Positions 28,885-43,500 of a stretch of 64,000 nt of DNA are shown one piece after another (within the stretch, counting starts at the first letter, position 1; each line of letters starts with the position of its first letter). Made by a program: the position numbers and the translations under genes. The stretch covers positions 2,561,454 through 2,625,453 of the forward strand of contig NW_002060946.1 of the NCBI RefSeq assembly GCF_000150275.1, in the 5' to 3' direction. The stretch is from Trichoplax adhaerens (taxonomy: Eukaryota > Animalia > Placozoa). The notes beneath the pieces were generated by a model that was not told where the DNA came from, did not search any database, and worked only from the letters and a program-made list of their open reading frames with translations.

Positions 28885-29003
28885 AGTAGTGCCTGGCTAT
28901 TACTGGGATATATATAATGTCGAATGGTAATACTATCTGTTAATTATTAACAAATAAGTACATTATCGTAAACCGTTAGCAAAGCGACGTGAGTTTGTAC
29001 TAG
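28885..29003 (+). mobile_element. Helitron-like non-autonomous mini-element, copy 1
   Basis: It ends CCGTTAGCAAAGCGACGTGAGTTTGTACTAG|T, a hairpin followed ~9 nt later by CTAG then T. It is homologous to 29575-29739. Confidence 0.55.
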
Positions 29004-29574
29004 TCCCACCGTCCCACCCATGGTATGTCCATCACCGTACATTAGTTATCATAATACGCTTTGGATTATTAACTAATCTTAATATAGCATAGTACATTAC
29101 TATTACCGGGATATATATAATATCGAATGATAATACTATCTGTTAATTTTTTTATTAACAAATTGAGCATAAACGTATATTTGACAGTTTCGCTTACCAA
29201 CCTTAACATAGCATTAATACTGTATATAGTAACCATCCTTATTCGGTAAACATACTAATACGAAAGTTACTTAAGGAAATTTGAATTGGTATAGAAATGA
29301 ATGATTTCTAGGGTTTATGTAAATATTATTGAGAAGGTATAAGTGATTGATACACATTAGTAGGTACTATTAGTTCTATTGCTCTCATGCATTTCGTAGT
29401 GTTACCCTACTGTAGTTCCCCTGTACCGGGTTATTTTTGATTGCTATATATCATATAACAAAAAGTGTTTCTAAGAGGATAATGTAAGTTAGTCAGTGAT
29501 CTGATAGGCGAAAGCGAAATGCACAACGTGAAAATGCACGATCAGTACGTACATTAAATCAATCTGTTTTAAAT

Positions 29575-29739
29575 ATAGTAGTACCCGGCTATTACCGGGA
29601 TATATATAATATCGAATGGTAATACTATCTCGGTATAAAGTTACAGAACCTCTGACAGGTCTACGACAAATGGTAATACTATCTGTTAAATGAGCACATT
29701 ATCGTAAACCGTCAGCAAAGCGACGGGAGTTTGCACTAG
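29575..29739 (+). mobile_element. Helitron-like non-autonomous mini-element, copy 2
   Basis: The right end is CCGTC-AGCAAAGC-GACGG-GAGTTTGCA-CTAG|T, the canonical Helitron 3' terminus layout. The left end carries a second hairpin, CCCGG-CTATTA-CCGGG. A partial third copy lies at ~29090-29165. Confidence 0.6.
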
Positions 29740-29779
29740 TATCTTTTATTCTGGCTAACTTATCCCGTAGCACTATCTT

Positions 29780-30070
29780 AACATAGAAGTAACCTATTTT
29801 CATGAATCATTCGCGTCTATAAATAACTTCCTCCTGCTGTGCTCCTAAAATTATAAAAGCTCTTCTTTCGTCTATCTCGTTAGTTAGTTCACGGTAAGCT
29901 TGCACGCTTTACCTATTCTTCACTAGTTGTTCGACTAGTCATGTTACTCGCACGATAATCTTATACGATTATTCTCTTACACTAGCTCAACAAAGATTAC
30001 TCTTCTGTTAGCTATTCTATTGTACTTTCTTGCGACTAATGCCGAACTCTTAACCTTCCGAAACATCGCA
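29780..30070 (+). repeat. Interspersed ~300-bp repeat family 1, second copy
   Basis: Same ordered blocks as 17540-17860, in the same orientation. Confidence 0.75.
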
Positions 30071-30544
30071 GAGTTGAAGTATAATTAGCCGGGTGTTACA
30101 TCAAGCTTTCGCAATCTTGAATTAGTATGTCTACTATAGAATAAGAGCATTTATTGGCATAGTTTGTATTAAAGAGATTAGTGTGCAAATTGTCTAACAG
30201 GTATTATCCAGTTTATCTTAATCGTTTTCAACTGTTCTTATGAGGAGGAGATATTAGAAATCTTCTCCGACAGATGGACGTATCAATAAATGTTATTGTT
30301 GAAGGCAATTTTTTCTGTATTGAAGTTCGAGTGCCACAGTAGAGAATTACTCAATTTTTGTTAACCCAAATTTTGGATTACGTTGGCAAACGAACAGCAA
30401 TAGCGGGAGACTATTACTCGGTCATTACATCAGCAGAAGCCAGTAATGAGCTAATGAAAGAAACCTGAAGTTTTCCTCCTCATTAAACTTATTCCAACCA
30501 GGTTAATACAGTTATATTTATTGACCCTCGCATATTTAGGACTG

Positions 30545-31090
30545 TAAAATGTTGCTGCCTTTATTAGACCCTAGTAATTAGTATTGGTGTAGAAGTGATG
30601 CACCCATATTTGATTGTGTTAATAGCTCTATTTGATATAGTTAGGTTACTCTCAATAGATATTATCGTGAAGCTAATATTACTTGATTGCTAAGTACTAT
30701 ATTAGAAATTACTAATGACTAATATTAGCCAGTTGACTAATTATGGTACGAGATTTATGTGGCTAGAAACACTGTAGTTATTAAGATGCCCTTCAGAAAA
30801 AGGGCCTAGACGTTAATAGAAGAGTAGTGAGAACTTAAATAGAATGATTTAGATAGGTAATGATGTACTATTTGAGAAATGTATTTTGTTTGATACTCAT
30901 GCCTTATTGTAGATTAATCAAGTTGTCATAAATGGATTTAACGAAATGTGTATAAGAACTGCAGAGATGAGCTCCAGAGAGAAGAGACTTCACTTCGCTT
31001 TGAGCTCGGAATACTTCAGATTTTAGACTAGATTCTTGTAGTAATTAATTATTGCTCTACTATACCTAAAACCTTGTAATAAAAGCCTTT
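30545..31090 (-). repeat. Interspersed ~520-bp repeat family 2, inverted copy 2
   Basis: Contains the reverse complements of the 23850-24370 blocks in reversed order. Confidence 0.75.
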
Positions 31091-31964
31091 AGAAATATCA
31101 TTTGACAAAGATAGTAATTGTGAGACACTTTAATTACAACTGGGTAAGAATTTTAAGTGTTTTTTACCCTTTCATATGACTTTTAATAAATACGGCAATG
31201 ATTCAGTGATATTCTGACAGTTGCGTTGAGTATTGAATATTGAGTATTGTGCTTTCAAGTAGTTAGCTACCGTATATTAGTAAAAGGTTAACGTGAGATA
31301 TCGACATACCATTAACCAGCTCGTAATACAATAAAATCTATAAACGATTTTACCTATTACCTATCCCAATAAACTTGTCTCTTAAAAATTTTAGAATTCT
31401 AAAATTATTTTTCTGTAGTTCAATTTAATTTACGATGTCATCCTCAGCAGCTGGTGTTCTTGGTTATTTTTCCAACCTTAATTGAAATAACACTTATTTC
31501 TTATGCGATTATTTTGCATAACCGCTGAAAAGTAACAGTAACTAAATAATTACCGATCGATTTATATGCATCTTTTAAATTGCTCTGCATATGTATAAAT
31601 GCTATCCAGTATTTATTTCTCATGCCGCAATCATCAATTATCGTTAAATGACAACAGTAGCTAAATAATTACTATATATCTTTTTAATTATCCTATATAT
31701 TTATAAATACTTTCTAGTATTTATTTCTCATGCATGAATGATGATTTTATATCCAACAGTAATTAGTTGAAATAGTTCTACGAGTATTTACCAAATCAAA
31801 ACATTTTTATAGAATATTATACGTATGTCATTTAGTAAAAATTATAATTTATTCTGCACATTACTGATTCTGGACCATTAGAAATTTAGGAGCCTTGATA
31901 GATGGAATCTTAGCATAGAGTAATTTTCAAATGCTATTAGAATTTATTAATCTGAAAATTAAAT

Positions 31965-32120
31965 AAAATTTATAGCTAACAATCACGTTTAAGCAATGTA
32001 TACGATATTTTTCGGCGGAAATATTTGAATCTGGACGTTGTTTTGTTCATCGAGAAATGAAACAAAATTTATAGCTACCAATCACGTTAAGGAATGCATA
32101 CGAAATTTGTCGGTGGAAAT
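31965..32120. repeat. Tandem duplication, ~99 bp unit
   Basis: AAAATTTATAGCTA.CAATCACGTT...TCGG.GGAAAT occurs twice. A similar ~110-bp duplication lies at ~31530-31735. Confidence 0.7.
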
Positions 32121-33746
32121 TAAAGTTGATATTGACATTTGATCATGCTCTGTATAACCAAATTAAATTAAGAACATATTGTGTTGCAATTACAAAGCTT
32201 GTAAACTGATAGAATCATATTTTAATTTTATTTCGAATGTGAATAACTTATTACCCTTCAATTAAGAATTGAAATTAAGAGCAGTAATAACTCTAATTTT
32301 TTTTTAACGTCGCATTGAAAACACAATATATTAAATATGTACCGCATCTTGTCTTTTAATTGTAGATCCTGCTGTAAAGTCTTTATTTGACTATCTCAGT
32401 GTTTGAAATAAGGCTAAGGTTGATAGAGACTAACTCATCTTCGTATCAGGATAAACAGAGATGAAGACTACGGCAAATACTAACGCTGATTTTGATAACA
32501 ATCTATCTGTGCTAGACATTTAACGGCTAGAGATAAGAAATTTAGATAGTTTTAAATCTCTAATACTGGATTGGAAAAAAGCAGAATGCTTGACGTAGCC
32601 AAATAAATTCCTATTAAACAACTCGTAGAATCTCATAAGATTGCTGTTTAAAATTTTGCATCATTTGCAATATTTTATTGGAATGTTTCTGGTCTTTAGG
32701 ATAGCCTCAAAAGACTATATAATACTTCAAATTGACCGCTAAATACGTATTCAATATTTTAAAACAGCCAAGGTTGATTTAACAGCTGATAAAAGATCAT
32801 AAAAAGAAGAAGTAACTTTCGTTTTCAAGTTATTTCACATAGAATCATGTTCGAGAAATATTAAAGGTCAAGTTCAAGTTGATTAGCTCAATTACAGAAT
32901 CAATGATATAAGTTTAGAGTGCATGCTAATGATACTAATATATCATTTATAGGATTGAATACGTGTAAAAATTATATACTCTAATTAATATTTAAGCGTT
33001 TAAATAGTATCTATCATGTTGATAAAGGCAATAAATATTTAAATTGTAATATAAATGGGGTATTACCTACTACAAATAGAATGCATAGATAGATCAAGTA
33101 AATAAAGAAATATATTACTACAGCAAGAACAAGGACAATCTTTTTAGCGTTTTAATTCTATCCAATTTTTAAAAACGGCATACATTTACAAAATTAGTGA
33201 CTTATATCCATCATGTGGATAAGCTCGTAGATTAAGAATGGCTATTTTGTAGTGTTAAATAAGCAACTGCTAACAGATCTAGTAGAAAAAGAAGTCCTTT
33301 CCTGGACTAGTAACAAGGATAATCCTCTTAGCTTTTAATTCGATCAAATTTCGATAGTGGGCATAAGTTTTACTAATCTTTGGATTACAATCGGTATGAT
33401 AGAATTAGATACAGATAGGATTTATGGATATATCTTTATATTGTACTACTGTCATAGCAAATGTGAACATTATCTTTGTATCCTATTTCTACTGTCGGAA
33501 AACAGTAAGCTAATATCGCAAGATCTAAGTATGAGACACCATTCACAGTTATGTTCATGTCCTGCTCGTTGAAATAACCAATATACGCATACACGTATCG
33601 TTTACGTTATATTACCATAATCTTGTAAAAGCCTTTCTCCATTAAAATAGGGAATCGTAATGAGGAACTTAAAAAGGAGATTCGTCCGTCGTCTGGAACC
33701 CTTTTCAATTAATTATAATTGTTGTAGAATCTTTCAATTCTTTCTT

Positions 33747-36700
33747 TTACTCTCTACGATTCTTTTTGTCGATGATACTATCAACCGATCCACTAGCACT
33801 GTTTGCTCGATTATAATTACCAGTAGATCTATCGATTGAGTTTGGTAATGTACCTATGCTTTTCATGACATCTTGACTATTAACTTTATTAACCTTCTGC
33901 AATTTTGGTATGAAAATAATACATAACATAGTGGTAATACATAACCAGATAAGTATTGCATCTGCAGCAAAATAGCCAGTAGGAGTCATAGTGTGTAGAG
34001 CAAATCGCAGAGGCCCAGTAACGATTGCAATTAGGATAAAATTATACACGACGATAGTAATTAATTTGGAATCGTTTAATTCCTTAATGCTAACATTACG
34101 TGTACCATAAGCCACAACAGCACCAAATAGAAGGAAGACAGCCTTCTCTGTTCCTAATATTAGCATCCAATAAATCATATACGGTGATGTACACGTAGTC
34201 ATGCGTTTATCGATTCTAGTATCAGGATCATCCGGAGAAATCTTAAAGAGTAGAAAAATAATCACTATCAATATGAGGCTATATAATTTAATCTAACAAT
34301 ATGATTGATTCATAAAGAAGAGAAACTAAAGGTGCTTCAGTTAAGTCTCTAATCTGTTAATCTACATATATACTTACCCTGGAATCAATCACTTGCACTT
34401 CAGAACGCAACGGATCTATCCCAGACCATAAACTAAGAATGATAATATCGATGAAGACCAAAAGCCCAACAAGCTGGAATAAACTTTTATCTAATAATTT
34501 CTAGATTAATAATTAAAAATAGCGATTAGTGACATTAATTTTACCAGCTCGTTTTAGAAATTAATCCTTGAATATCCGTTAATTGATAAATATAAATTTC
34601 TTAGTTTCTATCCATTCGTTTTACTATTCTAGAACTTAATTAACTAATCTTATGCTATTGAAATGATTATGAAATTAAACTGAATTTTAAAAGTTTTAAC
34701 TTATAAGCACCAATGCAGCTTCAAAGAACTATATAGAATATTGAAATACTATCCTATCTCCATCATATTCTATCACTTCTGTCATCGACTATTTCTTTAT
34801 AAGATATATCCAATTTATAATAGCTTGTAAGTAGGGCTTCATAATCATGTAAAACTTACCCGACGACGTGGCTTTCCTTGTACGCTAGCATAAATAATAT
34901 AAATCCGGAAAGTTTTACTGAAGATAGCTCCAAATGCTAGCGTAAAGCCAACGGGTAAGAACCATTTCCATAACTAGAAATAAAAAATTATGTATAAAAA
35001 TGAATACAAGATCGGACTAACCGACAATGACTTTTTATCTATTGAGATAGCACTTTGATGATTAATTAGATTAATTAATCTGTCTAAAATAATAACATTA
35101 CTGCTTACTTCGCACATGACTGGAACATACTGTGGCATAGAATATTTAATGCCTTGATAGATTGCATAAAATATTATTGACAAGTACATTAGCGTGGCTC
35201 CGATGCAAATGAAAACATTCAATTTAGCCGATGACATTTTCATGATTGGCGTGTTGCGATATTTATGATTGGCATAAAAGAAAACCACGCTGATACCAAT
35301 ACCAATAGCAGATAGTGCTACCATAACCATACAGAGTGAAAAATCAACTACGAGTAAATTTACAATAGTTGCATTTTTGGAGCCATCGCTAGGAATACGG
35401 CCATCTGTCATGTGGAAAAAGTATCCCTTTAGTTCTGTATGGCTATACTATCAAGCAATGTGCTTAAATTAAGATTAGCAGCTTAGATATTGACTTTTAA
35501 GCTTACATTATTTATTAATGCTAATTTTATATGCCATAATGATGTAATATAAGATTTACTAATTGGAATACTTCCTTAATAGTAGTATTATGATTAAATA
35601 GTGACAGAACTACTGCAAAAGTAAATCAATATCGCCTACCTCTCCAAAAAAATCGACCTCTCATCTCTAAAACTTCTTTTATGCCATCGTATATTCCAAC
35701 AAAATTTCTAGTCCCATCTAAGTAACAATTAGCATACTGTTATTCATTTACAATAGTAACTTTTTAAAATTTCGAATTCATAGAGATATGAGCTTCTTCA
35801 TGGCTAGATACTTACTGACACGTTGAAGAACGGTTAAGGTACCGGATCTGTCACCGTATTTATCAAATTTTACAGCTCCCTAAGACAGGGTAGATTTAAT
35901 AAATCATGAACTTGAGCGGTTATTTATTATATATAATCATGATTTTCGTCGATACATTTTCATAGACTTACCGAAACTCCCTCAAAATTCAGAGCAAACA
36001 TTTCTCTTAATAAAATATCTTTCATTTCAGTATCATTATAGTTGAAATCTTCCAGTAGGCGATTCTTATATTTTGTCGGGTTACTTTTTAGTATATTTAG
36101 AGTCTTATTTAATGCTAATGCTACAGCCCAAGCTGTGTCGTAGCCAAAAGGATGGTAACTGCTTAAGTAGTAAAGGGAGGTTGGAGGATATTTCTTTAGT
36201 TTTTTCTCGTATTCTGATCCAGTCTAGATTTATAAAATAGATTAATATGAAGTCAAAATTATTCCTTATGTAGACAAATCGATGGAATCAAACCGATTGT
36301 ACAAGATAAAGATGAAAATTATTTCAATAGTCAAGTAGTCAGTCAGCTTAGATCGCAGCTTTGACTTTAATTATGCTTAAACTTGATATAATGATACTTA
36401 CCATGCCAGCAATTGATTTCTTCGCATCTTGTCTTAAATTAAGAGTATCAGTTAGGATAACGTAATTGATAGCTTTTCTTAATTCCTCAGGTTTGCAATG
36501 TGTATCTGTACTATTCCACCAATTTAAAGTATAAAACCCAGGTATTAACCATACTCGTTGAACTGTGGTATTTAAAAGACCTAATTTATACGCCTAAATG
36601 AAAATAAACAAGATTATTATTAAGAATTTTGAATTATTGGCATAATATTCAATTCAAGATATTGTATTTATTGCGATATTTTGACTAGTAAATTTAGTAT

Positions 36701-39700
36701 CCATGGTTTGAAAACGATAACATTAGGAATAATTGCATCTCTACGATTAAAACTATTTTAAATCTGTTATATGGCGGGAAAATATTGATAAATAAGTAGG
36801 GAAAGTAAAGAAAGCTTATGGTCATGTGAACATTATCGCAAAGGAACACAATCGATTACCCTTACTATGTAATGTAAATGGTAACTAGCTACAGATGTGA
36901 TTGGAAAATGAACATCTAGTTAGTACCGAACACTAGCAATCAGTTAGTATCGATCAGGATTACTATATGTCGTAAGCTAATCAATTTATCAACTCTGATG
37001 GTAAATAAGTGCAATATCGAAAACTATCAAAGAGAAATAAAATAATGATTGTCAGCGCTTTATGTCGCCCAGATTGATGATTAAGCGTTGGTCGACCAGC
37101 ACATTTAGAATGAAGGATTCTTCCTAAGCGACTGAGGAAGATCATAATAAATAACGAAGGTTGTTGTCGTAAGTATGCTATCAATGCCATTTAAATGCTA
37201 CTTACGGTATACTGATTTCTACCATGTAAGCAATATTTAGACATCAAAGTATAGGAAGATGGACATTATTATTCAGAGTATGCAATGTTAAAGTAATGAT
37301 CACAATGGTGCAAAATACTAACATTGAGAATTCTTCCCGTTATTAAAGCTAGCACAAGAAATAAAAGCATGAATAAGCTCATAAACAAAGCCTGAGGGAA
37401 CGATTCCTACTTGATAAATCCTATGAGATTTTCGTCTCATAAAAATTGAATAAGTGTATGGTGTACACGGAAGCTACTAAATAATCGCTCAACCATGAAA
37501 GTAGTCAACACAATTGCAAAAAGTTTGATAATGTTATGTTGAAAGAATAGAAAATATTACTCGACTAGATGAATAATAATAGCAAAATGACTATCTCGCC
37601 TCTAGAATATAATATAGCGCCAAGACTATTATACATCATAGCAATACAAATTTAGCGAATAAAATGGCAGGAATTTGATTATTGACGAAAAAATAGTTAT
37701 ATTATCTTTTTATATTATATCTAAGCAATAAAAATCGGCCTTAATGTATAGATAAAAAGTCATTATTGATACTTTAGAGAATACGGACATATCAATGGTA
37801 GATTGGCTGTACTCGTACACTGGAATTACATTATAACGTGGGAATAAATTAGTGTATCATATTAATATTCATTCTTTTTCATGCATTTATTAATTGATGG
37901 ATTGGTCGATGAGATAAAAATTAATTGTATTGTTTTAGATTTGTATATAGTCGGTAGAATCATAACAATATTTATTGGGGAGCGGTGCATGTACTTCCGC
38001 ATCGAATAAAAACATATCTCTATTTAAATAGTGGAAATTTGAATTGCTATTAAAAACACGAACTACTATCTGCAGATATAATACAATATTTGAAAAATGA
38101 TTTATCCTCTATAGTATAGATTAGAATTAGCTTCGATTCGTAGTGTGATATAACTAGAAATAAGAATTCCAAATATTAATAGAGTGCAGGAATAGATAAA
38201 GTATTGTAGTCAAGGACAATAACACTACATCTAAATAGAAAATAAATTGTGAACATTTGATTTCATTCAGGGTATAAATGAAATAAAATCAGTTCAGCTA
38301 TTATTCTTACCCAACAGAAAACCAGTCTGGCTTTGGATGAATACATATTAACCACAATTATTCTAGCATCTTTTCTCTGAAGAAAATATAATTCAAACAA
38401 TTTTTAGTGCTTTTGACCTATCTTTCTAGACTATTTCATACGAAATTTTAACTACTATCACTTGATGTTTATATTGCACACTGATAAATAAAGTCTTTTA
38501 ATAACATTTATTTTCTAATATCTAGCAATCCCTAGTTTTTTATTACGTTAGTGTGACTGTAATGTGCTATTTACTAGTAAATTTTCAACTTGATCCCTTG
38601 GAGAATCTCGAAAACTCTCTAGCGCAACGATAGAATGAGTTAAATTTCTGTCCTTCAGACGATTTAATAAATCAGTTGTCATCTATTTCGATAAAAAAGA
38701 AAACTGTAAGGCTTAACTGTGAGACGAAATAAAATCGTTAATTAGATGGAATAGACTATCATATTATTCTGCTATTTAACTGTATTATATTTGATGAACA
38801 TCATACATCAATATCTTGATCAATATACTCAAGTTTAAATATTTGATAAGATTTTAATATTACTAGAGTAATTTGTACTTGAGATTAAAAGATTCTTAAG
38901 ACTTTAACAGCTACATTTATGACTACCGCGTTAAATATGTGAAAGCTTGCTCGAAATATCATACCAATGAGAAATAGTTAGAATTTTCAAGCTGATGTAT
39001 TGTAGCTATACGGGTCCAGTTAAATCGCTGCATGACTGCAATCCTAGGCCCATTATACGATGAATCAGGTAGAGCCATACGAAAAAAAGTTTTGTAACGG
39101 TTTTTATCACTTAAGATTGGAGATGCAGCAATATACGTTATCTAGAATGAAATTAGCATCGCATAGATTTAAGTATCCTAATCGAAGTTAATCATTATAA
39201 CTTTAGTAGATGGAAATACCCATCTATCACGATTTAAGGACTTACCATTAGTAAATTATAATAAGGACAAGTTTCTGCAATTGGCGCTGTCGACATAGAA
39301 CATCCATCTCCAACCAACATAATCTTAGTTGGTTTGCGAGCTATATCTTTCATGAATAGAGAAGTAGAATAACCGGCCAGGCACTGCAAACAAAAATTAA
39401 ACAACTCTAAATTAATTTTATAGTTCAATAATTAGGCTATCGGCAACAATTATTTTCAGCGATTGCCAAGACTTTTCTTCATCTATCAACGTTTAATCTG
39501 AATAGAGTCAATTTTAATTTACTAGTAAGTACAGTCAGTTTCATTTCCATGGTATAATCAATTATAAATCATGTCAATTAAGTTTGTTTATTTGTTTTGG
39601 TAACGTGAAATTATTTACTCGTAATTTCTGTTTCAGTTTAGAAATTATTAGAACTGATAATTATATACCAGACTCAACCAGTAATTAACGCTCTAATCGA

Positions 39701-40525
39701 TTTCAAGATTATCAAACCCATTAACTAAATTTGGGACTAAACTTTTGCTGCATGATTGCAAATTGGTATAAATGATTTATTGGTCACTTCAGGAACTGAA
39801 AACTTGTCAGTTTTGACCTACACGTATTTTTATTGTTAGATTTAATATCCAGCATCTGTGTATAACTAGAAAATAAATAAGGCGGGGCATTGCTGATAAG
39901 TAGGATTACAATTCTGTAATTAAAGCTACTGACATTTATATGGTCCATCTTGCTTTAAAATTGTTCCAACTAGTTTTTTCCCAGATCAAATCCAGGATCA
40001 GTATGTAAACATTAACCTTCATATTATCAAATCATTTACTGCTATTTAAAATTTTATAATGTAGTTGTCAGTATAGGAATTTATTCTAATCAATTACAGG
40101 ATAAATTGAGCGAAAACTATTATGATATTTTTCTAGTTTCACTATATTAAATATATGCCGTAAATGCATTTACTAAAATTATGCATTTTCTGTGAAATGT
40201 TATTACCATTTTCAATATCCAATCAATTAAGTAAGAAGAAAGTGGTCAATAACTATTATAGCTCAGGACTTACATGAGTATCACTCCAATCTACTTGTAA
40301 TCGATAATCTTGTAGTATTTTACTGCTGTTGTTAATATCTTCAAATCCCATTTTAACAGCAGACAACATTCCTTTAGCACTATAACCACCGGATGCTGAA
40401 GTATCGATTGGAATATAGCCAGAAATATAGAGAGTCTTATGCTTGAAACCTTGAACACTAGGTAAAGCTATCGCAGCAATGTACAAACCAATTAAAGCAA
40501 TGATTTGCTGCATCTTTCTGATCAT
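33747..40525 (-). CDS. GABA-B receptor-like class C GPCR, paralog C (~784 aa, 13 coding exons)
   Basis: Exons: 40525-40274, 39383-39246, 39141-38965, 38682-38575, 38376-38311, 36593-36402, 36223-35972, 35879-35816, 35717-35640, 35404-35109, 34973-34860, 34500-34378, 34241-33747. The total is 2355 nt in frame, with the same motifs and internal exon sizes as paralog A. TM7 ends IFIPK. Confidence 0.9.
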
Positions 40526-43500
40526 CTTAATGTCAGTTTACTAGTTTTAAATGCAATTTAAACAAATCAGAATAACGACGATAGAGATACGAAAAGATGT
40601 GGAATTCAAGTCTGAAGTATCGCTGAATGGTAGCGATAACGAATGTCAGGCAAGTTGTAAATTTCTAGGATAGACGGTTGTAATATATATCATCTTTATT
40701 AACAATAGCATGAGTCTTTAAACGATTGGACAACGAGAATAGAAAGTTTTATTGTAAGCAGTATTTTTTTATAATTTGATTAAAATACTTGACAAATAAC
40801 TACAAGCAATTACAGGGTAAGTAACAATGCTTGCACTTGATTATTTGAATTTCTGTGAAACCATGAATCGCCAGATTGTATTCAATTCTTTGATGGTAAT
40901 TGGTACAGCAGAGCGTAGATTACCATCTGCTTAAAGTCTCACGTAACTTGTAACTGTAAAAATCAATAATATTGCACTCTTCTTAATATGTTGACGTCAG
41001 ATATTGTTTCACTTTTATTTTCTATTATAATTTCTTCTTTAATTATTGATATTTACCTATAAAGAAAGCTATTTTTGCTATATAATTTATTGTTATGTTC
41101 AATCTTATCTACTATAGCGTAGGAGTATACAAGAAAAATGACCTAATCTAGATAAATATGCGGTTAGCATATATATATTTATGAAGGAATCACTAGAATA
41201 CGTATACCGAAAATAGAAAATAATAACCATAGTATTAACTGTAAAGTAAAACTGACAATAGAACTCTTTCTCCTTCAGTAGCTACCATAAGGAATGGATA
41301 TTCATTTCTTATATTTTGGTGTTTTCCATGCTATTATAGTATCCATATATTATATTAAGTAATCAGTGATGTTTCGAAAGATCTATAGTTAAGAAATAGT
41401 AAGAAGTTGTATACCTGCCCAAGTATTGTCAATCATTAGTCTGTTCAAGACAATAATTCAACATAATTACTCTAGTTATCCTTTCTACTTGTTTAGCATC
41501 GTCTACTTTCCAGTAACTCTACTTATTTCCAATTTCGTGAATTGACTTACCTGCGCGATCTTACTAATTAAATACTATAATCGCAATTATTCTTCAGAAT
41601 TAAATCGAAAATGAAAACATTAAACATTAAAGAATTAGGTAACTGAACTATCCGATTCCCATCAAATATCAATTCTTTGTCGCAGATATATATTTTTAGA
41701 AGTAATCTTAGATTTACTTGCTTACAAATCAATTCCACTAGAAAATAGCATTTTTAACTATGTTTGCTAGCAATCTTCAAATTATCTGAGTAATCGAAAT
41801 AGTCATCATAGAATAAAAGGTACCTAGATAGATACAAGAAATGGCCAGATAGATAAGTTAGTTACTACCGGTATCTTAATTTTGAACAGATTACTCCACG
41901 CCTTGCTACTTCAATATACATCATTCGCTTGTCAAATTGTTTACTAAGAGACTGCAAAAAACAATCGCTACTGAATTAATAATGTTATGCTAGAGTTAAT
42001 TCCATGTTTTATGTTGTATCATAGTTTTTCACCCTGTAATGAAATTGTAAAAGCAACATTAGACCAGCTATGATAGATGAAACTATTCATTTATATGCCA
42101 TTAACGCAATTGACTGATCGAATTCATACCGAGCTAAAGTTTTTTTACCCCCTGTTATTATATAATTAAGATTAGCATTTATCTATAGCTCCATTTGACT
42201 ATATGATGATGAGTAATCCTACTTCTTTATAATCTAAACGAATGATATGGCATGTTCATTTGAATAAACAGAAGTAGAAAAGAAAACATGTTTTCAAATT
42301 TGATTTTAGGTTTATACAGCAAATTAATAATGTGAAATGTCAAAACATGGACTACTACAGAAAATTTACCTACAAATTTAGTAATCTATGATCTGAATTA
42401 AAATATTAATGATTAGATAATTGATTGACGAGATGTATTGGTTAGACATGTTATGCCATTTAATATTCATAAGGTTATTAGGATCCAAAATTGATCGTTA
42501 TAATTTATTTATCGATGAGCTAGTTTTGTCAATTACAGTAGCAAGATGAAGTACAGCAGTAATGAAATTATCTAACTGATTTTATCAGTCGCCATCTAAT
42601 TAAATAAACAGCTTTTAGGATTGTGTAGGTACTTGATTATTATCCTTAGACACTACTGCCATGCAAAATGCTGAGAAAATTGGAAGCATTGTGAACACAA
42701 TTAAAATACACAATCTGAAGATTTGCTTTTTTTCTTTATTATAAGACTAAGTGTATTCCACTTTTAATAAATAGAAATTCAATATTTATTTTCAATCTTA
42801 TTTACATAGACAGTATACCATCAATGGTAGATCATAGAATCGAGTGTAACAATGTTATGGACAATGTGCTTTCTTGAATATACGTACTATCTAGTAGAAG
42901 TTAAATAAAGTCTTTTTCAAATTATGTAGACAGATAATTCTAGATAGCGGTTATGAATAGCAAATAAGATTGCTTTTTCAATTATGTATTGTATCAGTTA
43001 TAGCATTGTAAGTCTGTTATTCGTTTTAGTAGTAACGATAATTAAAATTTTATTTAGACCGTTACTGTGTTCCGGAGTCTATTCTAAACAATTTTTCGAA
43101 TTTAGAGTGTACTTTCTCTGTCATACTAACTTTTATGTAGTCTATAGATGATTATATTGAGCCAATGCAATGATTTAATTTTCAGATTTAATATTAATTA
43201 GAGTATTTCTTCTTTCTAAGTTACCTAAAGAATGACTGGATCTTGGCATAATAACATTTTTAACTGTTCTGATTGTAATGAATGTTCAATAAAGGAACTC
43301 TACACGGTATTATATTCTACGCAAATAGATATTCTCTATCAAGCCTGATATAGGTATTTACACAATTAAGAATCTTATTATTAAATCGATAACAGACTCT
43401 AGCATTTCGGCCTCATAAACTTTATGATTTTCAGCAATTGTGAGTGATATGCAGTATAGAATCCTAATAATGGTAATTACTAGCGCATGAACAAACAGGC

